64,000 nucleotides of DNA, taken from contig OX597827.1 of assembly GCA_951406725.2 (NCBI GenBank), positions 39,122,001 to 39,186,000 of the forward strand, written 5' to 3'. The notes beneath the pieces are model-generated. The model did not search any database, had not been told where the DNA came from, and saw nothing but the letters and a program-made list of their open reading frames with translations. The DNA is from Octopus vulgaris. Taxonomy: Eukaryota. Shown one piece after another: positions 1 through 13,060 of the stretch. The translations under genes were made by a program, and so were the position numbers. Within the stretch, counting starts at the first letter, position 1; every line of letters begins with the position of its first letter.

Positions 1-67
1 ATAAATATTATAAAAAAAAACACACAAACACCAAAAAAACAAAACAAAACAAATCAAAGACCATTAC

Positions 68-183
68 CTTCGTGCTACTGCCTCTCGGTCTTTACTTTCA
101 GAACGTTCAAACCAAATGTGTGCATTAGCTCTGGCCATGGCTCTTTGCATGATCCCCATGAAGCCACCCTGGGCTTGACCGAC
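68..183 (-). CDS. GPAT3/GPAT4: GPAT3/4 coding exon 10 (motif II); gene continues beyond the window
   Basis: ctttactcag|VGQAQGGFMGIMQRAMARANAHIWFERSESKDREAVAR+AG|GTAATG; 116 nt. Confidence 0.97.
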
Positions 184-837
184 CTGAGTAAAGAGAAGTA
201 ACATATAATTGATAATGTTAAAGATGACATGATAGTAATACTGGATTTAGTAGTTTATTTATATATATTGCTGAAACATTGACATTTCTTTGGGGAGAAT
301 GACGCATGTCCAGTTGAATTGATACTACTGGTACCAGCTTAACACTCACCATTATTTAATTGAGTTTGCGAAAATAAAAAGTTGGTCCCTAGTAGGGTAT
401 GAACTCTGAATATAAAGAGAGGTGCAGGTATAGCTGTGTGGTTGAAAAGTTTACTCTTCCAGGTTCAGTCCTACCTTAGAGTAGCATGTGCATGAGACTT
501 CTACTGCAACCTCAAACTGACCAGTGCCTTGTGAATGAAGTCTTGTAGACAAACAGTGTGGAAACCAGTCTTATATAATGTGCATGTATTGATTTAAAAT
601 GGTGCAGTGAGTCCTGTAACTTTGATAGAGCCAGTCCCAAATCTGGTTGAGAAATGAAGAGAGCAGTAGGCATGTTTAGCAACCTTGCACTTTCAAATTT
701 CCAATATTGTTACTGAAACACCCCCACCCCAAATCATGTTGGTACCCCTATACCCCAAATAGTGTTGAAAGATTAAGGAGTTGTGTCCCTTAAAAAAAAG
801 ACAAACAAAACAAAAACCCCATAACTTTAACAATTTC

Positions 838-1353
838 ATTCTATAGTGTACAGGATCTGACCTCTTTATTTCGAGGTACAGCTTGATGTCATCTGCATAT
901 TTCAGCACTGTGGCATTCTTTAAGTTGGCATCTATGTCATTAACATATGCAACAAATAAAAGGGGGCCAAGAACAGATCCCTGTGGTACACCAGATGTCA
1001 TCTCATAGGGTGAAGAGTGCTGTCCTAGAACTGTGACAACCTCTTTTCAGCCGATAATAAAGGACTTCAACCAGTTATAGAGATTGTCTCTTACACCCAA
1101 CGCAGAGAGTTTCACCATAAGTCTTTTGTGTGGCACAGAGTTAAAAGCCTTAGCAAAGTCCAGGTAAACAACATCCACCCAGGATCCGTGATCACTTATT
1201 TGGGTAATGTCCTCAAGAAACTCGATGAGTTGATTACAGCAGCTGGAGTTAGGAATAAATCCAAATTGTGACGGCTGGATGAGGCTGTGAGACTTCCAGA
1301 AGTTCCAGAGGGTTTCCCTGAGACAGGATTCCATCAGTTTGGCAACGCAGCTC
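838..1353 (-). mobile_element. CR1/Jockey-like LINE reverse-transcriptase fragment
   Basis: ORFs 1047-1355 and 693-1001 share a frame, split by a single TGA at 1047-1049; motifs QFGF, YLDFAKAFNSVPH, SGVPQGSVLGPLLF, YADD. Confidence 0.92.
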
Positions 1354-2448
1354 AACTACAGTATTTTATTTTATCCCTCTTGGATGGATGAAAGACAAAT
1401 TGACTTTGGTAAGATTCAAGAGGAGAATGTAAAGAGATGTGACTAAGTACAGGATGAAATGCCGGCCATCACTAACATTTCAGTCACTTCATCACTGTAT
1501 AATTGTAGTGATAATAATAACTGTTTGTAACATAGGCACAGGCCTCAAATTTGGCGGTGGAGGAGTTAGTTGATTCAACCAAACTTAATATTTAACTGGT
1601 GGTTACTTTATTGACCCAGGGGGAATGAAAGGTAAAATTGATTTTAGATTAGAATGAACCTAGTATGTAAAGAGGTAAAATAGATGCTGCCACATAGCTT
1701 TTATTCCAATGCTCTGATGATTCTGTCAACTCACCACTCAAGTAATAATAATCCTTTCTACAAAAGGAACAAGGCCTGAAATTTTGGGGGTAGGAAATAG
1801 TAAATTATAGTGACCCCAGTGTTTCATTGGTACTTAATTTATCAACCCTGAAAGGATGAAAGACAAAGTCAATCTCAGCAGAATTTGAACTCAGGTTGTA
1901 AAGATAGATGAAATGCCGCTAAGCATTTTGCTTGGAGTGCAAATAATTCTGCCAGCTCACCACATTATTATTAATAATAATAATAATAATAATAACAACA
2001 ACAATAATAATCCTTTCTACTACAGGCACAAGGCCTGAAGTTTGGGGGAGGGGATAGTTGATTTCATCAACCCAAGTGCATGACTGGAATATATTTCATC
2101 GACCCTGAAAGGACGAAAGGTAATGTCAACCTCAGTGGAATTTGAACTCAGAACATAGCAACAATGAAATACTGCTAGACAATTCCTCCAGCATGCTAAT
2201 GATTCAGCCAGCTTGTCACCATATTAATAATAATGCTTTCTACAAAAGGCACAAGGCCTGAAATTTGGGGAAAGAGGGCTAGTCAATGACATCGACCCCA
2301 GTTCTCAACTAGTATTTATTTTTATCGTTCCAAAAAAGATGAAAGATAAAGTCAACCTTGACGGAATTTTAATTCAGAATGTGAAGGTGGATGAAATGTT
2401 ACTGAACATTTTTGCCTGGTGTGCTAATGATTCTACCAGCTCACTGCT

Positions 2449-2490
<42 letters not shown>

Positions 2491-2695
2491 GTTTCAAGTT
2501 TTGGTACAAGGCTAGCAATTTTGTGGAAAAGATAAGTCAATTACAATGACCCCCAGTACTCAACTGGTTCTTATTTTACTGACCCCAAAGGGACGAAAGG
2601 CAAAGTTGACTTCACTGGAAATTTAACTCAGAATGTAAAGATGGATGAAATGCTGCTAAGCATTCTGCCTGGCATGTTAACCATTCTGCCAGTTC
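1345..2695 (-). mobile_element. Head-to-tail cluster of about six tRNA-derived SINEs (family A)
   Basis: Repeated ~210-bp unit: GAGCTGGCAGAATC (A-box-like), GAGTTCAAATTCC (B-box), GCCTTTCATCCTTTCGGGGTCGATAAA core, (TAT)n tail. Confidence 0.9.
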
Positions 2696-2722
2696 AATAA
2701 CAATAATAATAATAATAACAAT

Positions 2723-3760
2723 AACAAAAGCACTCAGAGAGCGCAAACCTCCACCAAAGCAATACCAATGTCCTCTCAACGATTAGCTGGAGATGATTTT
2801 TAAAATGAGAATGTCTGAAATAAACTCGTCTGCTGTCACAAATGAGAATACTAAAAATGAACCTGACCGCTCTCAAAAATAAAGTAAAAAAAAACTGGAA
2901 AATAATCCAGAATCCTTGTCCAGTAGCTGATCAATTGCAATGGTAGTCATGGAATATGAAGGTGGGTGTGCTGGCCATGTGTCATCTGCAGTGAGAACAG
3001 GAACAGTTTTCTCCATAAAAGATTTTTTTAGTTTATCCACTGATATAGTGTCTTTATGACTATTAAGGTCTATAGTGAAAAATTTATCCGTGTGTGAAAG
3101 AAAATGAAAAGGACCTGCATATGGTGCTGTTAAAGGAAGTTTAACAACATTATTGTGTACAAAAATGTAAGTCCAAGAAGTGAAGCTTCCTTCAAGGCAG
3201 AGCTAGAAATGCACTTGTCAAATAGGTAAGAGGTTTTAAACAGGAGTGATATATTCAAAATTGGTAAAACTAAAAATTGTCACAAAGATAAATTAAATTT
3301 ATAATTATTACTGAATATGTTAATGTTATTTAATTTCTGGACGGTTTTGCTACCATTTGTTTATGTAGTTTGATTTCTTTAATCCATCAATTTCTACTAA
3401 TATAGAAATGCAAGTAAGATTAATAATAAAGAAATGAAAATAAAACTTTGGAAACAGCAACACCATCATAACTTACATGGAAACCATGAGTGTGCTTTGA
3501 AGGGAGATGATCAAAGAAAGACTTGAAAGTCAATGTAAGATCTAATACTTCATGTAAAGTAAATATAACAAATAATCCAGAATCCTTGTCCAGTACCAGA
3601 TCACTCCCTAAATCTAATTGGTTTGTGACAGTCACGAAGTCAAACATCCCTGAAAGTTTCATCCGAATCCATCCAGCGGTTTTTGAGATATCTTGTCCAT
3701 GGACAAACAAACAAACATGATTGAAAACAATAGCTCCACCTTCGCTAAGGCAGAGGTAAT
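2723..3760 (+). mobile_element. Helentron-associated (DINE-1/HINE-like) non-autonomous element
   Basis: 5' aacaaaagcactcagagagcgcaaacctccaccaaagc, internal repeat aataatccagaatccttgtccagta at ~2901 and ~3572, (ACAA)n, 3' hairpin/subTIR ctccaccttcgctaaggcagaggt. Confidence 0.7.
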
Positions 3761-4199
3761 AATAATAATAGCTTCTACTAAAGGCACAAAGTCCAGAAAT
3801 ATAGGTGAAGGGGTTAGTCAATTAAATCAACTTCACTAATTGACTGGTACTTTGTTTTACCAATATCTAGAGGAATGAAGGATAGAGTTGGCCTTGGCAG
3901 GAATTGAACTCAAAATGTAGTGGGTATGAAGAAATACTGCAGGACACTTTTTTGATGCTCTGCTGATTCTGCCAATCCATTGCCAAAGTGATCATAAATA
4001 ATAGCTTCAAATTTTGGCACAAGGCCAGCACTTTTAAGGGAGGGGCTAAGTCAATTACACTGATCCAAGTGTTCAACTGGTACTTATTTTATCTGGTCGG
4101 TTTCAACTGAAAACAGGTTAAATATTTTGGCCCGATATGGCTGATTTGAAAGCCAAAGGGTTTAAAAAAAAAGATAAGAATGATAAATCGTTTACTTAC

Positions 4200-4290
4200 C
4201 ATAGAATAGCAATTATCACAAGAAAGGATAATTACATCAATTGGAGAAGTGTGGTTTGCTACACAGATACCATTTTTGGCACGGTTTTCT
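4200..4290 (-). CDS. GPAT3/GPAT4: GPAT3/4 coding exon 9 (catalytic motif I)
   Basis: tttctcag|(R)ENRAKNGICVANHTSPIDVIILSCDNCYSM|GTAAGT; NHTSPID is the HX4D acyltransferase motif; 91 nt. Confidence 0.97.
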
Positions 4291-6096
4291 CTGAGAAACA
4301 AAAACAAAAGAAAATTCCTTGAGAAATCTGAACATTAATACATATTACTGAGGCATCATTTTACAGCCAGTTGCCTTTCTTCTTATTAACCATCAACTGT
4401 TTTTCAAGTATGGGATCTCTTATTCCACACAGCTTTGAAAGCATAGAGTTAGAGAATGAATTGTCGACAGGGAAAATGACTTGTAGCTCAGTGATTTTCA
4501 GTGAATCCCTAATGTAAACAATCATACAAACACATATGCATACACAGATATATAACTGAAACTCTGACAGTTATGATGATGAGTGTTTCAGTTGAACTGA
4601 TTAATGGAACAGCCTATTCATGAAATTAATGCTTTAATATTTATGTAAGCTATACAATTCTGTTTGTAAAACCACAAAACTGGTGAGATATTTGTCCCTA
4701 GTCTAAGTTACAGACACTTCCTTGGCATTCCTGCTGTTAGAAAAGCAGTGAACTAGTGATTAACCCATTGGAAACCTGTAACCCACAACACTGTTGTTCA
4801 CAGATTGGGATATGCAATAAAATAATTCCTCCCAGATATTTAACTCTCTCATTTCTCACATAAAAGTAAACAGACATTTTAAAACCAACATACATTAACT
4901 GGGTTTTTTTTTGGCAACTATTATTAAAAAACACAAAAACAGAAAAAGAAATAAAGACTAATCTACTTTTTATGTTTATATGGTTGCATAAATGGAATTT
5001 TTTTTTACTTTGCTGGAACAATACTTATTACATTATTTTATACATTATATCATAGTATATTCATTTATATTGCTAACTAGTCAAGCTTTAAGTAGGACAT
5101 GTTTTTACTTTGTTGATTAGCTTCAGGTTAAACCAAATGGAGTTGGTTGACATTGTCATCAAAGGCATACCAGCAAATGACCATCCAGCATTTTTTTTTT
5201 TGTAAAGACAGTATATCTAGAACTACATTATCCATTGTGGATTTCTTTTATTTAAGATGGTAAAGTGTAATTAGAGGGAGATTTGGTTGCTATTTCTACT
5301 ACAGAGTTCCTTCAGTGATTGTTGTTTTTATGTTAGTTTGGTTTATTGTTTATATTTTCAGGTTGGAACTAAATGGACAAACATATAACCAAAAGCTTTC
5401 CAAGCATAACCATACCAGTATTTTGTACATATAGGATTACATTATCCTTCCATTTTTAAGACAATAGTGTGTGTGTGTGTGTGTGAGTGAGAGAGATAGA
5501 GAGAGAGAGAGAGAGATATTTGAGGGAGATTAGGCTGCTATTTTCTTGCATAAACTCCTGTTAACTGGCTTGAGGTAGTGATATTAAATGAACCAGTGCA
5601 CTAGGTTGACCTATTGGTGTGTAATCAACAAGCACACCACCTATACCTATTTCCAATATCCAGTAACTTGAAATGTCTGACGGGTCCAGAGACCTGCTCT
5701 TCACCAGCACTCTCCTCTCTCAATAGCAGAGAGTTGATGTGAAGTGGCTGTGGGAATGTGGTTTAGGACAGTGAATTTTAACCTTTGCACTATCAATGAC
5801 ACTAGCTCTATTACAGCACAATACTACTACTACTGTGTAATCTTATTACTGCACCCAACAACACTATTACAGCAATACTCCACATTACAACACACAGCCC
5901 TAACACCACACTATAGAACACTACCCCCACTCTACAGTATAACAATAGTAGTAGGTTGTTTTTCAGAGAAAGTCTATCAAAACTGAAAGTATCTTTTCAG
6001 CAATTGCCATAAAAAATATTTCCTTAATTTTTTTTTTCTGCTGAATCATTTATGTTTATTTGCATGTACAAATGTAAATTTGTGTATATAAGTATA

Positions 6097-6141
<45 letters not shown>

Positions 6142-6365
6142 CACACACACGCACACACACACAAACAAACAAATATAATTCAGCAGGAAAAAAAAATTAA
6201 GGAAATAAATATTTTTTACAGAAATTGCAGAATAAAAAACTTTCAATTTTAATAGACTTTCTCTGAAAGATTGCCATAGTAATATACTGCACAACATTAA
6301 TAAAATAAGGCACTAAAACTGTCACAGCCCACCATTAGATGTTTCAATATATATAGACACACATA

Positions 6366-6793
6366 CACTCTTTACTCTTTTACTTGTTTCAGTCATTTGA
6401 CTGCAGCCATGCTGGAGCACCACCTTTAGTCGAGCAAATCGACCCCAGGACTTATTCTTTGTAAGCCTGGTACTTATTTTATTGGTTTCTTTTTGCCAAA
6501 CCACTAAGTTACGGGGATGAAAATACACCAGCATTGGTTGTCAAGGGATGTTGGGGAGACAAACACAGACACACAAATACACACACACTATATATATATA
6601 TATACACATACATATACACACACACATATACGACGGGCTTCTTTCAGTTTCCGTTTACCAGATCCACTCACAAGGCTTTGGTCAGCCTGAGGCTATAGTA
6701 GAAGACATTTACCCAAGGTGCCATGTAGTGGGAATGAACCCGGAACCATGTGGTTGGTAAGCGAGCTACTTACTATACAACTGCTCCTGCACC
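6366..6793 (-). mobile_element. SINE family B (tRNA head, CORE-like caccttgggcaagtgtctt segment, internal TA/CA microsatellite, TAAAAGAG tail)
   Basis: Near-identical copies at about 21200-21581(-), 30235-30901(-), 33028-33378(+), 38540-38865(+), 39185-39570(-), 52047-52435(+), 57238-57631(-). Confidence 0.9.
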
Positions 6794-7732
6794 TATATAA
6801 ACAATTTTTAAAATGCTAAAATTGTTTTAAAACTATAGGTGCAAAGGAAAACACATGCACTGTGTGATGCATTAAAAATACTCTATTTTCTAAATATAGC
6901 CTGTTATTTTCAGGCTTGCAAAAATCTTGTGGTATAACTGGGCTATATATGGCACAGTAGCTGAAAATGTTTCGTTTTCTACTGTATTTGATTGTTGCAA
7001 GAATTTGAAACAAATCTGTTGTATATGCAGTTGTTCTATTAACTCACCAACCTAAATGCGTGCACACATACACAAACATTAGACACAGAGCCAGAAATGA
7101 GTTGACTAGACTGATCTCAATACAAGAATGGTGACTATTTAATTGATCCCAGAAGAGTAAAAGAATAAAATTGGTCTTGATAGGATTGAACTCAGAATCT
7201 AAGGGGACATAACTAAATGCCATAAAACATTTTGCCTGGCGCCTATTTGTTTCTGCTGATCTATATTACGATGGTTTCAAATTTTGGCACAAGGCCAGCA
7301 ATTTTAGGGGAGAGGGTAAATCAATTACATCAACCCCAGTGGTTCTCAACTGGTACTTTATTTTATCGACCTCAAAAGGATGAAAGGCAAAGTTGACCTC
7401 AGTGGAATTTGAACTCAGAACATTAAGCATTTTAATCCAATGCATTAGCAATTCTGCAAGTTCAAGCCAACAAGAGAAAATCTGTGCTTGTTTTGATTCT
7501 TTCATCAATGGCAGCCAAATCTCTCTTAAACTACAACCAACCACCTTAAAAAAAGAAGGTCACATTGGATAAACGAAGTAAAAAGCAACATGATCATGAT
7601 TAGAATGTCCAATTGAAAGATCTGTAGAACCAGGGCAGAGCTGAGAGGATCACCATCACTACCTCTATTACCATCATCATCATCATCGATGTCAGTATTA
7701 ATTAATTTCATGCCAAACATAAAAGAAATTAC

Positions 7733-7822
7733 CTGTTGTGATATACGATTGTTGCGGAAAAGGCTCGGCTTAAAATCCGATGACTCATTAGACTGACATA
7801 TTGGTTGAGAAGTTTTTTGAAT
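7733..7822 (-). CDS. GPAT3/GPAT4: GPAT3/4 coding exon 8
   Basis: ccattttcag|(L)FKKLLNQYVSLMSHRILSRAFSATIVYHN+AG|GTAATT; 90 nt. Confidence 0.95.
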
Positions 7823-8575
7823 CTGAAAATGGAGGGAAACATTCTTCAGGTTTAACTTAGCTGGAAAAGTAACAAAAACATTATAGCATTTAAGACGATT
7901 TTAAACTCACAGCAATATACTATACCACAGCTGGTTGAGTAGAGAGAAGAGAGAAACTGTAGTTTCTATTAAATCACTATACATTTGTGCTGTGTTTATG
8001 GGTGAAACACTTAACCTTCTCTGGCTCAGTCCATCCAACTACAAGAAGATACCACACAGTGGTATAATTCATTTGATGGCTTGCAGAGCTGAGTTTGATA
8101 AGCACTGATCCAGTAGAACATACAATTTTGTGAAAGAAAATATAGTTGTTTCTAATATTAGTACAAGAGCTGGAACTTGGGGCAGGTGATAATTGATTAA
8201 ATTGACTCTTGTATTTGACTGGCACCTTATTTATTCTTTTCTACTCTAGGCACAAGGCCTGAAATTTTGGGGGAGGGAGCAGTCGATTAAATCAACCTCA
8301 GTATGCAACTGGTACTTAATTAATTGACCTCAAAAGGATGAAAGACAAAGTCGACCTTGGCGGAATTTGAACTCAGAATGTAACGGCAGATGAAATACGG
8401 CTACGCATTTCGCCCAGCGTACTAACGTTTCTGCCAGCTCGCCACCTTTGGCACCTTATTTATTGGTTACAAAAGGATAAAGACAAAGTTAACCATGACA
8501 GTATTTGAACTTGGAAAGTAAATAGTCATAAATAAACATGGCAAAGCTTTTAACAATATGGCCAATCCAACTTCC

Positions 8576-8991
8576 TTAACCCTTTTGATACCGACCCACT
8601 AGAGATACGAGGTTCTGGTTTTAGGATGATCTAAATTAAGACCTTCCATTGATATTTCATGTTAATTTATGTGTCAAACATGAGCTTACTAAGTTCTTCA
8701 TTATTTTCACAATTAGTTGAAACAAATGTAGCATCTTTCAACAGAAATATATGATAAATGATTTCAAATCTTGGCACAAGCCAGAAATTTCAGGAGAGGG
8801 GTTAGTTGATTACATTAACTCCAGTGCTCAACTAGTACTTCTATTATTGTCCTTGAAAGGATGAAAGGCAAAGTCGACCTCGACAGAACTTGAACTCAGA
8901 ATGTGAAGATGGACAAAATGCTGCAAAGTATTTTGTCTAGCATGCTAATGATTCTACCAACTTGCCTCCTTATATGATAACTAAAGGTTAA
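8576..8991. mobile_element. piggyBac-type MITE interrupted by a family A SINE (8758-8970)
   Basis: TTAACCCTTT start and aaaggttaa end; SINE flanked by the 10-bp TSD tatatgataa at 8748-8757 and 8971-8980. Confidence 0.75.
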
Positions 8992-9880
8992 CTTATTTGT
9001 AATAATAATTTCTAATTTAGGTACATGGTCAACAGCTTTGAAGGAAGGAGGTAGTCAATGTCATCAACCCCAAGTATTCAACTGGTACTTTATTGATGCC
9101 AGAAGGATGAAAAGGAAAGTTGACTTGGATAGAATTTGAATTGAAAATGTAAAAGGCTAGAACACATATAGGAAAGCATTTTTACCCCATCTTCTAATAA
9201 TTATATGAATCCATTAATTGTTTCTAATTTAGGCACAAGGCCAGCAATTTTGAAGAGAGTGGATTGGTCAATCCTTTGACCCCAAAATTAGAATTGTACT
9301 TTATTTTATTGGCCCCAAAAAGGACGAAAGGCACATTTGACCTTGGTTGGATTTGAACAAAGAATGTACAAAGCTGGAAGAAATACAAGGCATCTTGTTT
9401 GATGCTTTAACAATTCCATCAATCCAGCTACATTTTGTGGTATATTATGGATACACTCTAGAGCAGTAAGTGGTAAAATTGGCCATTGATTGAGCAATGT
9501 TTATCTTGACAAACACAAGAAACATAAGTATATGTTGGCCAAACAGTTATTATTGGTAAATCTCACAAGTTATTTGTTCATTGGAACAGAACTGAAGGTT
9601 TGGCTTTTCAGTTTAGTGGTTGCAGAGATCTTCCCATTCTGTTATTGCTTACAACAGTGAATCTACTGACTCCAGTGATACTTATTTACAGCTCAGTAAA
9701 CAGACAGAGCAAATTTTCAGGGTAATAGTTGTTTTATCTTCCTTTCTTTCAGGACCAGGACTCAGAGCAGTGTCTATGAGAAGATACAAACCATAACCTT
9801 TCAGTTAGTGCTCCAACATTTATCAACCATGCTAGTAACAACTGCCATAATAAAAGACAAAAGATTAAAGAAACACTTAC

Positions 9881-9955
9881 AAGCTGTTTGGAAGATATCC
9901 AATTATAGCTGTTGTTAATATTAACCAGCATGTTCCAATGACTGCAAGGACAAGT
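9881..9955 (-). CDS. GPAT3/GPAT4: GPAT3/4 coding exon 7 (transmembrane segment)
   Basis: poly-T tgtag|(R)LVLAVIGTCWLILTTAIIGYLPNS+TT|GTAAGT; GYLPN motif; 75 nt. Confidence 0.94.
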
Positions 9956-10679
9956 CTACAAAAAAAAAAAAAACCCAACAAAATAAAATTTTAAAAAACC
10001 CAGTAACGTTTGTGAAGTACAATAAAAAGAAAAAAAACAGCAAAACAATGGTTTTCATGGTGGAGGAAAGATGTTTGTTTTTGTACTATTGGATTAACTG
10101 GTAAAAGTTAACATTGACAAACCAGAATAAAGAATACAGTGGTAATTTATAAATGTTGGCTTTGTTCCAAAGACCACCACATCCATCAAACATGTACCTA
10201 TCATTACAACAATGGCTTTCACACATTCAGGTTTATTGAACTCCTTACCCATATCTTTGTTACTATATCTCACCTCCCAGACATGGCAAAACAAGAAAAA
10301 CAAAAACAAAAAAAAAACCCTTTCTCTCCTTCCCCACTCATATTGTTACTGTGACACTGGCCTTCACTAAAGCAGCACCTAGCTTTTGAGTGTCTGTAGC
10401 AGATTCCACTCTATTGCAAAACTTCAGACCATGCCTCTGGTCTGGGAACCTGATCTCAATGTACTGCAGTTTGCACACTTCACCTCTTCATCCTATCACC
10501 AGCCTTTGAGACTCAAAAAAACCCCCCAAAAAACATAAAATGAGGAAGAAAAGAATTACAACTGAGTAGGAGTGGCCTGCAAAAGGTCATGATCAATGCC
10601 CTATTCTCCCCAGTCAATACAGTTAACAATTCCACCTATTTGCTATCCTATTACTACTACTGCTACTAATGATAATAAT

Positions 10680-11080
10680 GATCCTTTCTAGAAAAAGCAC
10701 AAGGCCTGAAATTCAGTGGGAGGAGACTAATCAATTTCATTGACTTCAGTCTTTCACTGGTACTTAATTTATTGACCCCAAAAGGGTGAAAGGCAAAGTT
10801 GAACTCAGAACATAGCAATGGGCAAAATACCGATAAGCATTTTGTCCAGCCTGCTAATGACTCTGCCAGTTCAATCCTTTCTACTATAGGCACAAGGCCT
10901 GAAATTTTAGGGGAGGGGCTAGTTGATTACATCAACACCAGTGCATTAAATGGTACTTATTTCATTGACCCCAAAAGGATGAAAAGCAAAGTCGACCTCG
11001 GTGGAATTTAAATTCACAACTTGAAGATGGATGAAATGTTGCCAAGCGTTTTACTCGGCATAATGATTCTGCCAGCTCAT
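10680..11080 (-). mobile_element. Two tandem family A SINEs
   Basis: Same head/core/tail as the 1345-2695 cluster. Confidence 0.85.
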
Positions 11081-11082
11081 TA

Positions 11083-11790
11083 CCATGTTGCACACATATG
11101 GTTGTGATGCATGTGCCTGGTGTACCCTTATCAGATGGGTAGTCATGATGGATATACTAGGCTTTGTATATTTTACCCATTGTCACTTTGATGGCATGCA
11201 CTGCTCTTACAACAACAACAATAATAATAATAATAAATGCACTGATGCAATACCAGGCAGTGGCTCTCATGCATCTAATCTTAACTGACCAGAAGTGTTA
11301 ACATGTACATGTTCTGTTTTGGTGTAAAAGATGAGCTACAGCAAATAAAGATGGGTTACAGCAAATATTCTGCTCAATAACTCACTTGCTTGACCATAAC
11401 TAGTTGAGCATGTTCCTTAGTGGCTGATGATGTGTGCATCTCAGGTCATGAGCAATGGAAGAGCATCATAGCCATGTGTCGAGAGGGATTCTTTGGGTTT
11501 GAATAATTCATCCCAGGAAACATGGGCGTTTCATTCATCATCCTCAAATAACCCTTATTCAGGGACTTTTTGAGCAGGATGGGCTACTTAACCTTAAGAA
11601 AGTTCTGACCTGCAAGGTCCTGTGCTGTTTATCTTGATATGAGGTTACCATGTTGCGCACATATGATTGTGATGCTTGTACCTGGTGCACCTTATCAGAT
11701 GGGAAGTCATGATGGATATATTAGGCTTCATATATTTGTACCCCAGCATCATTTTGATTGCATGTGCTGCTTTCTCACTCAGTAATAATT
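11083..11790 (+). mobile_element. Unclassified retroposon-like repeat with duplicated 3' segment
   Basis: ~125-bp direct repeat at 11083-11208 and 11648-11788 (ccatgttgc.cacatatg.ttgtgatgc...), each followed by an AAT-rich tail. Confidence 0.6.
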
Positions 11791-12844
11791 CTTGTCAATT
11801 TCGGCACAATGCCAGCAGTTTTGAAGGTATGAGGAAGTCAATTACCATGACTTTGGAGCTCAATCAATATTTATTTTATTGGCCTTGAGGATGAAAGACA
11901 AAGTTGACCTTGGTAGCATTTGAACTCAGAATATAGAGTAAGAAGAAGTGCGGCCAAGTATTTTGCCCAACACAGCCTTAATGATAACAAAAACAACAAA
12001 TGTTTCTATTTTAGGGAATAAGGCCAGCAGTTTTGAGGGGAAGGGCTAGTTAGTACCACTGCCTTTAGTACTTGATTGGCACTTTTTTTATCTATCCCAA
12101 AGAGATGAAAGGCAAAGTTGTCCATGGAAGGATTTGAATAATAATGATTTCTAACATGACACAATAATAACAACTGCTGTAACTATTATTCCTTCATGAC
12201 ACTAAACCCTATCCCTTCCACTTGGTCACACACAATAGGAACAGAATCATTTGAGATTACTCGTAACAGTCGACAACTATGAACTAGACATGGTACAATA
12301 CATATATTTAGCTGATTTTAAATCAGACTTGGCTGGGAACTCTGAGCCTAGCTGGATGAAAATTAAATACCCAAAAAAACATCCATGTCAGCACTTCACT
12401 ATTTCTGCCAACTCCATTGCCCTTTCCTTCCTTGAATTACTAGAGACTATTTAATTACATTAATGTAATAAGTCTGATACTATCACCAGGGCAACACCTA
12501 CCACTTTTGTATAAATACAAATTTTTAAAGCAAAGAAATCTAAGCTCTAAAGTTATTATGGCTTGCCCAACTCTATTCTATAGTAAAAGCTGCTGTCTCC
12601 TTAGGCATGTGTGGGTGTGTGTGTGCATGCATGCACATGCCCGTATGTGTGTGTGAGGCTTCTATATCATTTCTAATTGATTTCAGTCACCTATAACAAA
12701 TTACTAAACTCTAAGAATCTTTCTGCTTCCCTACAATGCCAAGCTCCTGTTCTCTTTTTAATTACTGCCTAAGTCAATGAGACCTAGCCTTGGTCAAAAG
12801 TATTTTTAAAGCCCTTGGAGGTCAAGCCAGCAGATGCTTTCACA

Positions 12845-13060
12845 TTAATCTTCTAGCATTCAGATTATTCTTTCAAATGTTTATTTATTCACATTGTTAT
12901 AAATTGATCATGCACTATCTTGTAGCTCTGAGATTTTGACAATATCATTTTAAAAATGACATTGTAGGATAAGTGTGAGAGGCCAGAAATGGCTGGCTTG
13001 AAGACTGAGCAGGTAGAATATTTTGACCAGAAATGGCCGGTTTAAATGCTGAAGGGTTAA
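12845..13060. mobile_element. piggyBac-type MITE (second family)
   Basis: TTAA at both ends, ttaatcttctagcatt ... aatgctgaagggttaa; inverted copy at 19299-19484. Confidence 0.75.

Noticed and set aside
693-837. C-terminal part of ORF 693-1001
   Set aside because: Read-through past the truncated LINE into unrelated intron sequence
1345-2695. Regularly spaced repeats resembling a CRISPR array
   Set aside because: Units are ~210-bp SINEs without unique spacers; eukaryotic intron, no cas genes
6548-6760. Recurrent ORFs ending YDGLLSVSVYQIHSQGFG...EPCGW (also 21362, 33061, 38417, 57406)
   Set aside because: Antisense frames of family B SINE copies, not a gene family
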